A stretch of 64,000 nt of DNA, from positions 19,387 to 83,386 of the forward strand of contig CASDZI010000007.1 of the NCBI GenBank assembly GCA_949285605.1, written 5' to 3'. The notes beneath the pieces were generated by a model. It was not told the DNA's origin. It saw nothing but the letters and a program-made list of their open reading frames with translations, and made no database searches. Below, one piece after another: positions 25,613 to 33,802 of the stretch. Source of the stretch: an uncultured Christensenella sp. GTDB lineage: Bacteria; Bacillota; Clostridia; Christensenellales; DTU072. A program made the translations under genes and the position numbers. Position 1 is the stretch's first letter; the number at the start of each line of letters is the position of its first letter.

Positions 25613-25636
25613 GGCTCCCGAAAAGGAGCCTTTTTT
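25613..25636 (+). terminator. Intrinsic terminator of secG
   Basis: ggctcc-cgaaaa-ggagcc followed by T6. Confidence 0.8.
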
Positions 25637-25662
25637 CGTAACCTTTTTCCTAAAGCCTTCTA

Positions 25663-25691
25663 TTGACTTGCGGGAGAAAGGTTTATATGAT
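25663..25691 (+). promoter_or_regulatory. Sigma-A-type promoter of the smpB-led gene run
   Basis: TTGACT (25663-25668), 17-nt spacer, TATGAT (25686-25691). Confidence 0.55.
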
Positions 25692-25762
25692 AAAATTATT
25701 TAATACTTATTTTACGCATACGCAGGCGTGGAGAACGTGCCGGCGTAGGCGGAGGAGAAACG

Positions 25763-26209
25763 ATGACGGTCGTCGCAACCAACAAAAAAGCGTATCACGA
25801 TTATTTCATCGAAGAGACCTTCGAAGCGGGGATACAGCTTGCGGGAAGCGAAGTGAAAAGCGTCCGTTTGGGGGGCGTCAACTTAAAGGACAGTTTCGCT
25901 ATAGTTCGCAACGGGGAACTGTTCCTTATCAATGCGCACATTTCTCCTTACAAAATGGGGAGTTATTTCAATCCCGACCCGAGAAGGGACAGGCGGCTTC
26001 TGATGCACAAGAAGGAAATTGCCCGTTTGCAGGGTAAAGCCGAACGCAAAGGGTACGCCATCATCGTCACCAAAATGTATTTCAAACAGGCGCTCGTCAA
26101 GGTGGAAGTGGCGTTGGCGAGGGGAAAGGAAAGTCACGACAAACGGGAAGCGTTGAAAGAAAAACAACAGAAAAGAGACCTTGCGAGGGCTCTTGCCGAT
26201 TACAAATAG
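25763..26209 (+). CDS. smpB: SsrA-binding protein SmpB
   Basis: 148-aa ORF with canonical NKKAYHDYFIEETFEAGIQLAGSEVKS and a basic C-terminal tail. Confidence 0.9.
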   Translation: MTVVATNKKAYHDYFIEETFEAGIQLAGSEVKSVRLGGVNLKDSFAIVRNGELFLINAHISPYKMGSYFNPDPRRDRRLLMHKKEIARLQGKAERKGYAIIVTKMYFKQALVKVEVALARGKESHDKREALKEKQQKRDLARALADYK

Positions 26210-26228
26210 AAAAACGGGAGGCACGAAA

Positions 26229-27509
26229 ATGAAAGACATCGGTACTAAATGCGTACAATCGGGTTACGACCCTGCCAACGGCGAAGCGAGACTTCTGCCC
26301 ATATATCAAAGCACTACCTACAAATACGACACCCCCGAAGAAATGGGAGATCTGTTCGACCTGAAAAAGGACGGATATTTTTATACGAGGTTAGCTAACC
26401 CCACCGTAGCCGGGCTGGAAAGCAGAATAGCCGCTCTGGACGGAGGAGTGGGAGCGGTGGGGTGCGCCAGCGGAATGGCGGCGTCCACCCTTGCCGTGAT
26501 GAACGTCTGTCACGCCGGGGACAATATCGTTTCATCGGCGACCATCTACGGCGGCACCTATAATCTGTTTTCCACGACTTTGCCCAAAGTCGGGATAGAA
26601 ACCAGGTTCGTGGAGCCTTTCGACAAAGCCGAAGATATAGAAAAGGTCATCGACGAAAACACCAAAGTGCTGTTTTGCGAGACCATAGCCAATCCCGCAA
26701 TGTACGTTGCCGATTTCGAAAAATGGGCAAAAATAGCAAAAAAATACGGGATTTTGTTGTTTGTGGACAACACGCTTGCCACGCCGGTCATTTGCCGACC
26801 GATAGAACACGGCGCCAACGTGGTTATTTATTCCACCACGAAATACATGGACGGACACGGCGCCGCCCTCGGCGGAATGGTGGTGGACGGCGGCAATTTC
26901 GATTTTGCCGCAAGCGACAGATATAAGGATTTCGTCACGCCCGACGAAAGTTACCACGGTATGGTCTATGCGAGGGATTGCGGAAAAGCGGCGTTTTCGG
27001 TAAAACTCAGAGTTCAGTATATGAGAGATATAGGAGCGCAGATGGCTCCGATGAACGCTTTTCTGACCTTTTTGGGGGTGGACACCTTACATCTCCGTAT
27101 GCCCCGCCACAGCGAGAACGCTCTTAAAGCGGCGCAACTTCTGGAGCAGAGTCCTTATGTGGAATGGGTCAAATACGGCGGACTGGAGTCCGACGTGAAT
27201 TATCCTCTGGTACGGAAATATTTCGACAAGGGCATGGCGTCGGGTATGGTCACTTTCGGGATAAAAGGCGGACGGGAAGCGGCGTCGAAATTCCAGAAAG
27301 CTCTGCGGCTTTTCAAGATAGTCACGCACATAGCCGACGCGAGAAGCTGCGTGCTGCACCCTGCCAGCACCACGCACAGGCAGCTGTCGGACAGCGACCT
27401 CGCTGCTTGCGGGATAAGCGACAACCTCATCAGACTTTCGGTGGGGATAGAGAGCGCCGACGACATTCTCGAAGACATAGGGAACGCCCTCGAAGCCTCG
27501 GCAAAATAA
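26229..27509 (+). CDS. metY: O-acetylhomoserine sulfhydrylase (PLP-dependent, Cys/Met metabolism family)
   Basis: ATG 26229 follows GGGAGG. IYQSTTY, YTRLANPT and the PLP-lysine motif YSTTKYMDGHG. Length is ~426 aa. Confidence 0.85.
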   Translation: MKDIGTKCVQSGYDPANGEARLLPIYQSTTYKYDTPEEMGDLFDLKKDGYFYTRLANPTVAGLESRIAALDGGVGAVGCASGMAASTLAVMNVCHAGDNIVSSATIYGGTYNLFSTTLPKVGIETRFVEPFDKAEDIEKVIDENTKVLFCETIANPAMYVADFEKWAKIAKKYGILLFVDNTLATPVICRPIEHGANVVIYSTTKYMDGHGAALGGMVVDGGNFDFAASDRYKDFVTPDESYHGMVYARDCGKAAFSVKLRVQYMRDIGAQMAPMNAFLTFLGVDTLHLRMPRHSENALKAAQLLEQSPYVEWVKYGGLESDVNYPLVRKYFDKGMASGMVTFGIKGGREAASKFQKALRLFKIVTHIADARSCVLHPASTTHRQLSDSDLAACGISDNLIRLSVGIESADDILEDIGNALEASAK

Positions 27510-27533
27510 CGAACAGATAAAACAGGAGAAAAA

Positions 27534-28448
27534 ATGCCTATAGTCATACCGAAGGATATACCGGCGTTCGACGTGCTTACAAGGGAAAATATTTTCGTAA
27601 TGGGCTCCATGAGAGCGAGGACGCAGGACATAAGACCTATAGAGATAGCGATAGTCAATCTGATGCCGACCAAAATAGAGACGGAAACGCAGCTGATGAG
27701 AATGTTGTCCAACAGCCCTTTGCAGGTCAACATAACCCTCGTACGCACCGCTTCCTACACGGCAACCAACGTGTCCAGCAATTATATGGAGAGATTTTAC
27801 CTGACCTTCGACGACATCAAGGACAGGAATTTCGACGGAATGATAATAACCGGCGCCCCGGTGGAAAATCTCGATTTTACCGACGTGAAGTACTGGGAGG
27901 AGCTCTGCCGCATAATGGACTACGCCGACAGAAAGGTCACCAGTACCATATTCATTTGCTGGGGGGCGCAGGCGGCGTTGAATTATTACTACGGGATAGG
28001 GAAAAGGTCCCTCGACAAAAAACTTTTCGGGATTTTCCCCAACCGTGCGAAAATGGAATACGAGCCTCTTCTGAGAGGGTTGGACGACGTGTTCTACATT
28101 CCGCATTCCCGTCACACCGAGATAGACGAGAAGAGCCTCAAAGAGGACGGGCGGCTGGTGGTGCTTGCCGAAGGAGAGGATTGCGGCGTGAGTATCGTAA
28201 AATGTATCGACAACCGTAAATTCTTCTTTTTCGGACACAGCGAGTACGACAGGGAAACGCTTAAGACCGAATACCTCAGAGACATGGACAAGGGTCTGGA
28301 GATCGATCCGCCGAAGAATTATTTTTCCGACGGAGAGCAGAACGGAGTCGCAATGAAATGGCGCAGTACGGGGTCGTTGTTGTTCAACAACTGGCTGAAC
28401 TATTACGTCTACCAGGTCACGCCGTACGACATCGGGAGAAAAGGTTGA
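27534..28448 (+). CDS. metA: Homoserine O-acyltransferase, MetA family
   Basis: 304-aa ORF. MPIVIPKDIPAFDVLTRENIFVM.. and IRPIEIAIVNLMP are typical of MetA, with catalytic-Cys context FICWGAQAAL. Confidence 0.85.
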   Translation: MPIVIPKDIPAFDVLTRENIFVMGSMRARTQDIRPIEIAIVNLMPTKIETETQLMRMLSNSPLQVNITLVRTASYTATNVSSNYMERFYLTFDDIKDRNFDGMIITGAPVENLDFTDVKYWEELCRIMDYADRKVTSTIFICWGAQAALNYYYGIGKRSLDKKLFGIFPNRAKMEYEPLLRGLDDVFYIPHSRHTEIDEKSLKEDGRLVVLAEGEDCGVSIVKCIDNRKFFFFGHSEYDRETLKTEYLRDMDKGLEIDPPKNYFSDGEQNGVAMKWRSTGSLLFNNWLNYYVYQVTPYDIGRKG

Positions 28449-29539
28449 AAGTAAAAAAACTGTATCTGGAAAATTTCCTTTCTTACGCCAACGCTTACGT
28501 CGAGTTCTCGGACGGACTCAACGTCCTGGTGGGCAGTAACGCCGCAGGCAAGACCAATCTTGCCGAAAGCATCTATTACTGTTCGGTGGGGAAGTCGGCA
28601 AGGGGATTGAAGGATAAGGAGCTCATAAGATGGGGGGCGGAAAAGCCTTCCGCCAGGATAAGAATGGCGGTGGAAAGGCGGTTTTCCACCCACACCGTGG
28701 ATATTCGGATAGACGAACAGGGCAAAAAACGCATAACCGTGGACGAAATACCCATTTCCCGAATGGGAGAACTCATGGGGGCGGTCAATACCGTATATTT
28801 TTCCCCCGACGAAATGAAGCTCATCAAAGAGTCGCCTTCCGACCGCAGAAAGTTTATGGACGTAAGTCTGTGCCAGAGGGATAAGCTGTATTTTTACAAA
28901 CTTCTGGAATACAACAAACTTCTTGCGCAGCGGAACAAACTTCTGAAAAATTACAAGGGCAGTCCCGACCTTAGGAATATGAGCGACATAATCGTTGCCA
29001 AAATGGCGGAAACTCAGGAGTATATAATGAAAAAACGGGCTGGCTTCGTGTCCTCGCTTACTCCGCTCGCCGACGCCCGTCACCGCAGAATAACCTGCGG
29101 CAAGGAGGGACTTAAGCTGGATTACGAGACCGAAGAAGCGGATTTTTCCGACCTCAAAGGTTCGTTGAAAGCCCTTTACGAAAAGAATTTCGAGAAGGAC
29201 AGTCGATTGGAATATACCACCGTCGGGATACACCGTGACGACCTGAAGATAGTCGCAGGCGGCATCGACGTCCGTAAATTCGGGTCGCAGGGACAGCAGA
29301 GGACTTCGGTGCTCAGTCTGAAACTTGCCGAAGCCGACAGCTTTGCCGAAACCGAAAAGGAATATCCCGTGCTCATACTCGACGACGTGGCGAGCGAATT
29401 GGACAAAGACAGGCAGAAGGCCTTATTCGAAAGTCTGGACGGAATGCAGACTTTGGTGACGGCGACGGGGATCGCAGAGGAATTTTCCAAAGGAAAAATT
29501 TACGAAATAAAACAAGGAAAGATTACCGCAAGGAGTTAA
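28445..29539 (+). CDS. recF: DNA replication and repair protein RecF
   Basis: TTG 28445 overlaps the metA stop (gGTTGAaa). (M)KVKKLYLENFLSYANAYVEFSDGLNVLVGSNAAGKTNLAES carries the Walker A motif; the C-terminus has LILDDVASELD (Walker B). Length is ~364 aa. Confidence 0.85.
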   Translation: MKVKKLYLENFLSYANAYVEFSDGLNVLVGSNAAGKTNLAESIYYCSVGKSARGLKDKELIRWGAEKPSARIRMAVERRFSTHTVDIRIDEQGKKRITVDEIPISRMGELMGAVNTVYFSPDEMKLIKESPSDRRKFMDVSLCQRDKLYFYKLLEYNKLLAQRNKLLKNYKGSPDLRNMSDIIVAKMAETQEYIMKKRAGFVSSLTPLADARHRRITCGKEGLKLDYETEEADFSDLKGSLKALYEKNFEKDSRLEYTTVGIHRDDLKIVAGGIDVRKFGSQGQQRTSVLSLKLAEADSFAETEKEYPVLILDDVASELDKDRQKALFESLDGMQTLVTATGIAEEFSKGKIYEIKQGKITARS

Positions 29540-29542
29540 TAA

Positions 29543-31240
29543 ATGGAAGAGGTAAAAAAAATCATAGCCGGGCTGATTAAGGTTGACGGCATCAAGGAAG
29601 AGGATATATATCCGTTGCTTTGCGTGCCGCCCGACCCCGCTCTCGGAGACTACAGTCTGCCCTGCTTCAGACTGGCAAAAACGCTCAGGAAAAGTCCCGT
29701 CGTCATTGCCGAGGAGCTGGCAAAAAGCATAACGGCGTTGCCCGAGGGGATAAGCGGAGTTTCGGCGTTGAACGGGTATCTCAACTTCACCCTCGACAAG
29801 AAGTCCTCCGCCGAAAAGGTGGTCAAAAAGGTCTTGAAAGAAAAGAACGACTACGGCGCTTCGGCGGAAGGCGCAGGCAAAACCGTCTGTATAGACTATT
29901 CCTCCGTCAATATAGCCAAGCCTTTCCATATCGGACATCTCTGCACCACGGTTTTGGGTCAAAGTCTTTACCGCATTTACGAAAAGCTCGGATACAAATG
30001 CGTCGGAATCAACCATTTGGGTGACTGGGGAACGCAGTTCGGGAAGCTAATCGTGGCATTCAAGAAATGGGGCGACGAAAAGACCCTTGCCGAAAGAGGG
30101 GTGAAGTTCCTGACGGAAATTTACGTTAAGTATCACGAGGAAGCGGAAAAAGAGCCGTCGTTGGACGACGAAGCGAGGGCGTGGTTCAAAAAGATAGAGG
30201 ACGGCGACGAGGAGGCTTTACGCCTTTTCGGACTGTTCAAGGAGATAACCCTTGCCGAGGTCGAAAAAATTTACGACAGGTTGCACGTTTCCTTCGACAG
30301 CTACAACGGGGAGGCGTTCTATAACGACAAGATGCAACCGGTACTGGACGAACTCGCCGCAAAGCGTCTTTTGGTGGAGAGCGACGGGGCGAAGGTGGTG
30401 GATCTGTCCGCCTACAATATGCCGCCCTGTCTGTTGGTGAAAGCCGACGGAGCGACTTTATACGCCACGAGAGATCTTGCGGCGGCGTTTTACCGCAAGA
30501 AGACGTACGATTTTTATAAATGCCTGTATGTAGTGGCGTATCAGCAGAATTTACACTTCGCCCAACTTTTCAAAGTTCTGGAACTTATGGGAAAAGACTG
30601 GGCTAAGGATATGGTGCACGTTGCGTTCGGAATGGTCAGTTTAGAGGACGGCGCCATGAGTACCCGTCACGGGAAAGTGGTGCTTTTGGAAGACGTTTTG
30701 AACAAGGCGGTGCAGAAGAGCCTGGATATTATCAAACAGAAGAGTCCCGACCTCGAGGACAAGGAGAAAGTCGCCGAGACGGTGGGAGTAGGGGCGGTGG
30801 TATTTTTCGCCCAGTACAACAACCGCATAAAGGATATGGTGTTTTCCTACGACAAGGTGCTCAATTTCGACGGAGAGACGGCGCCTTACGTTCAGTACAC
30901 CGCCGCCCGTTGCAAGAGCGTGATACGGAAGGTAGGGTCCTACGACTTGCTCAAAGCCGATTTCGACGGGATAAGCGACGCCGAAAGCGCGGCGGTAGTG
31001 GCGGATTTAGGTAAATTCAACGAAGTCATACGTTCCGCCGCAGAAAAATACGAACCGTGTTACGTCGCCCGGTATCTTGTGGAACTTTGCAAGGACTTCA
31101 ACCGTTTTTATCTCGCAAACAGGATAGTCAACGAACCCGACGGAATAAAATACGCCCGTGCCGCCCTTACCGAAGCGACGGGGACGGTCATCGAGGAAGG
31201 GTTGAGGATGCTCGGGGTGGGAACTCCCGAAAAAATGTAA
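29543..31240 (+). CDS. argS: Arginine--tRNA ligase
   Basis: 565-aa ORF. HIGH-type motif (AKPFHIGHL), DALR anticodon-binding C-terminus and terminal Met typical of ArgRS. Confidence 0.9.
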   Translation: MEEVKKIIAGLIKVDGIKEEDIYPLLCVPPDPALGDYSLPCFRLAKTLRKSPVVIAEELAKSITALPEGISGVSALNGYLNFTLDKKSSAEKVVKKVLKEKNDYGASAEGAGKTVCIDYSSVNIAKPFHIGHLCTTVLGQSLYRIYEKLGYKCVGINHLGDWGTQFGKLIVAFKKWGDEKTLAERGVKFLTEIYVKYHEEAEKEPSLDDEARAWFKKIEDGDEEALRLFGLFKEITLAEVEKIYDRLHVSFDSYNGEAFYNDKMQPVLDELAAKRLLVESDGAKVVDLSAYNMPPCLLVKADGATLYATRDLAAAFYRKKTYDFYKCLYVVAYQQNLHFAQLFKVLELMGKDWAKDMVHVAFGMVSLEDGAMSTRHGKVVLLEDVLNKAVQKSLDIIKQKSPDLEDKEKVAETVGVGAVVFFAQYNNRIKDMVFSYDKVLNFDGETAPYVQYTAARCKSVIRKVGSYDLLKADFDGISDAESAAVVADLGKFNEVIRSAAEKYEPCYVARYLVELCKDFNRFYLANRIVNEPDGIKYARAALTEATGTVIEEGLRMLGVGTPEKM

Positions 31241-31261
31241 ACCCATTCAGGAGAGGCTTTT

Positions 31262-32050
31262 ATGATAGACGCTCACACTCACACTAAATTTTCCTTCGAC
31301 GGGAAGAGTTCCGCCGTCGACATGGCGGAGAGAGGCAAGGAACTCGGGCTTGATTATATGGCGTTCACCGACCATTGCGACAGGGATTACGCCCACATCT
31401 GGCGTTACAAGATAGTCCGTCAGCTCAACGTGAAAAAATACGTGGCGGCGATAAAGGAAATGAAGGAAAAATATCCTTTCCTTGCGTTGGGGATAGAATG
31501 CGGTTATTCCGAACTTGCCGAAGACGATTATCTTAAAATGATACCTTTTTCGGAAATGGATTACGTTCTCAATTCCGTACATACCGTGGACGGGTTGGAC
31601 TGCTACACCGCCTCATATTTTTCGGGCAAAAAAAAGGAAGAGGCTTACGGAAAGTATCTTCGGAAGATCCTGAAAAGTCTGGACGCAAAATATCCGTACG
31701 ATACCGTGACGCACATAGGTTTCGTCCGCAAGAACGCTCCTTACGCCGACGCAAGCATGCCCCTTGCCGAATATATCGACGTGATAGACGAAATTCTGAA
31801 AAAAATAATCGAAAAGGGCAAGACGCTGGAAGTCAACAGCAATATAAAATATAAGGATTTCATGCCCACGGCGGAAATACTTAAACGGTATTACGAACTG
31901 GGCGGACGGAGCATAACCTTCGCTTCCGACGCTCATCTCACCGCAAGGGTGGGCGAGCTGTACGACGTGGCGAGCGAAACGGTCAAGGACATAGGGTTCC
32001 GCTACTGGACGGTTTACCGCGAGAGGAAACCTCTGCATATCGAAATATAG
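31262..32050 (+). CDS. PHP-domain histidinol-phosphatase-family hydrolase
   Basis: 262-aa ORF. MIDAHTHTKFSFDG, FTDH and SDAH metal-binding motifs of the HisJ/PHP family. Confidence 0.7.
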   Translation: MIDAHTHTKFSFDGKSSAVDMAERGKELGLDYMAFTDHCDRDYAHIWRYKIVRQLNVKKYVAAIKEMKEKYPFLALGIECGYSELAEDDYLKMIPFSEMDYVLNSVHTVDGLDCYTASYFSGKKKEEAYGKYLRKILKSLDAKYPYDTVTHIGFVRKNAPYADASMPLAEYIDVIDEILKKIIEKGKTLEVNSNIKYKDFMPTAEILKRYYELGGRSITFASDAHLTARVGELYDVASETVKDIGFRYWTVYRERKPLHIEI

Positions 32051-32060
32051 GGAGGTAAAA

Positions 32061-33752
32061 GTGGACAAGAAACCTTCGGCGGAAAAAATTCTTTACATAA
32101 TCGATACCGTGGCGGGTTGGCTGGCGTTACTGATATATTTGTCGATGCACACCATGCTGGGATTTATAGGTCACGCTACCTTTTCGGCGTTACCCTATAT
32201 CCTGGGAGCGTTGATTATCGCAAGCGCCGTTACTGCCACCGTCATTACCCTTGCCAAAAACAACAAGCTCCTCCTTATCGTCACCCTTGTCGTAAACGGA
32301 GTGGCTTTGATAGGGAGCCTCGCTTACTTTTTTGCGATGCTGACGCACTTCCGCAGTTTTCTCCTTTCGGGTCTGTCGATACTGGCGTTTTACGTTTTCG
32401 TGGCGATAGTGGTCTACCTTATTTTTTATTTCCCGAAACAGAACTTCAAAGGGAAGAATCTGGTGGCGGCTTTGCTTTGCGCCGTGCTGGTCGGGGGAGC
32501 GTTGCTCAATTTTACCGATTTCAGAACGCTTAAGATCAATTTCGTTACCGACGAAGCGGCGGTTTACGCCGTAGGAGATGAGTATCAGATAGTCTGGACT
32601 ACCGCAGTCGAAGGTATGGGCTGGGTGGAAATAGGCGGCGAAAGTTATTACGACGAGTACGCCGGAAGCAAACGTACCTCCGAAAAGGTGCATAAGGTGA
32701 ACGTGCCGATGAAAGTACTGGACGAACACAAGTCCTATACCGTTTGCAGCAGGGCAATGCTCAGCGAGCAGGGCTTTTCGGGACTCAACGGGTATAAGGT
32801 CTCCAAGACCTATTCCTTCCGTCCCGTGGACGACAGCGACGGGATACAGGCGTATGCGGTAAGCGACTCGCACGACTATAACGGGATCGTCAAAAAAACC
32901 GCCGATTACTACGGCGACAAAACGGATTTTATAGTGATAGCCGGCGACGCGGTGTCCTTTGTCGATACCGAAACCGACCTTGCGAGAATACTTAATCTCG
33001 CTCACGCCCTTACCGGGGGCAATATCCCCGTGGTATTTGCCCGTGGCAATCACGAGGTCAAATGCCCCGAAGCCGAAAATCTCCACCGATACGTCGGCTC
33101 GGAGGGGGAAAACTTCTATTATACTTTCCGACTGGGGTCGGTCTGGGGAGTGGTGCTGGATATGGGAGAGGACCACGCCGACGACTGGTACGAGTTCTAC
33201 GATACGGCGGTTTACGACGGTTACCGAGCCGCACAGGTGGAATTTCTGGACGAAGTCATAGCTAAGGCGGACAGCGAATATTTTGCCGACGGAGTGGAGT
33301 ACCGCATTGCCGTCTGCCATATGCCCACCGCAATGGTGGGATATTCGTCGGACTATATGTACGACGTCGCCGTCAAGATAAACGAACGGCTCAACCAGCT
33401 GGACCTCGACGTTATGCTGAGCGGACATCTGCATCAGATATTTAAGATAGAAGCAGGCTACGAAGCGGGCAGACCGCTGTTCTACCGCACCGAGTATTCG
33501 GGAAAGGCGGTTTCCGAAACGCCCGATTTTCTCGCCACGGGCGCCAACTTCCCCACGGTGCTGGTTTCCAGAAGGTCGGACGTACAGAGCGTCTCCGAAA
33601 AGGAAAGTAAATTCGGTTATAAGTTCATAGGGACGGCGTTGGAATTGACTTCGGAGGAAAAAACCGCCCGTTACACCGACGCCGACGGACAGGTGCTGTT
33701 TTCGATAAATCCTTTCGAGAATATCGATTACGGGAAAATAATCGTTCTGTAA
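32061..33752 (+). CDS. Membrane-anchored metallophosphoesterase (calcineurin-like)
   Basis: GTG start after GGAGG. About 5 N-terminal TM helices. Phosphoesterase motifs VSDSHD, AGDAV, ARGNHE and SGHLH. Confidence 0.7.
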   Translation: MDKKPSAEKILYIIDTVAGWLALLIYLSMHTMLGFIGHATFSALPYILGALIIASAVTATVITLAKNNKLLLIVTLVVNGVALIGSLAYFFAMLTHFRSFLLSGLSILAFYVFVAIVVYLIFYFPKQNFKGKNLVAALLCAVLVGGALLNFTDFRTLKINFVTDEAAVYAVGDEYQIVWTTAVEGMGWVEIGGESYYDEYAGSKRTSEKVHKVNVPMKVLDEHKSYTVCSRAMLSEQGFSGLNGYKVSKTYSFRPVDDSDGIQAYAVSDSHDYNGIVKKTADYYGDKTDFIVIAGDAVSFVDTETDLARILNLAHALTGGNIPVVFARGNHEVKCPEAENLHRYVGSEGENFYYTFRLGSVWGVVLDMGEDHADDWYEFYDTAVYDGYRAAQVEFLDEVIAKADSEYFADGVEYRIAVCHMPTAMVGYSSDYMYDVAVKINERLNQLDLDVMLSGHLHQIFKIEAGYEAGRPLFYRTEYSGKAVSETPDFLATGANFPTVLVSRRSDVQSVSEKESKFGYKFIGTALELTSEEKTARYTDADGQVLFSINPFENIDYGKIIVL

Positions 33753-33802
33753 AACTTATTCAGGCTGTAAAATCAAGGGAAATATTTTTTCGGAGGCAAA
33801 AT

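Noticed and set aside
26210-26228. Looked for a tmRNA (ssrA) gene downstream of smpB and an S-box riboswitch upstream of metY.
   Set aside because: Only 19 nt separate smpB and metY, and the gap contains just the GGGAGG RBS. There is no room for either RNA, and no tRNA-like acceptor/T-arm motif appears elsewhere in the window.
29540-29542. Expected a T-box leader upstream of argS.
   Set aside because: The recF stop and the argS start are 3 nt apart, so no leader exists.
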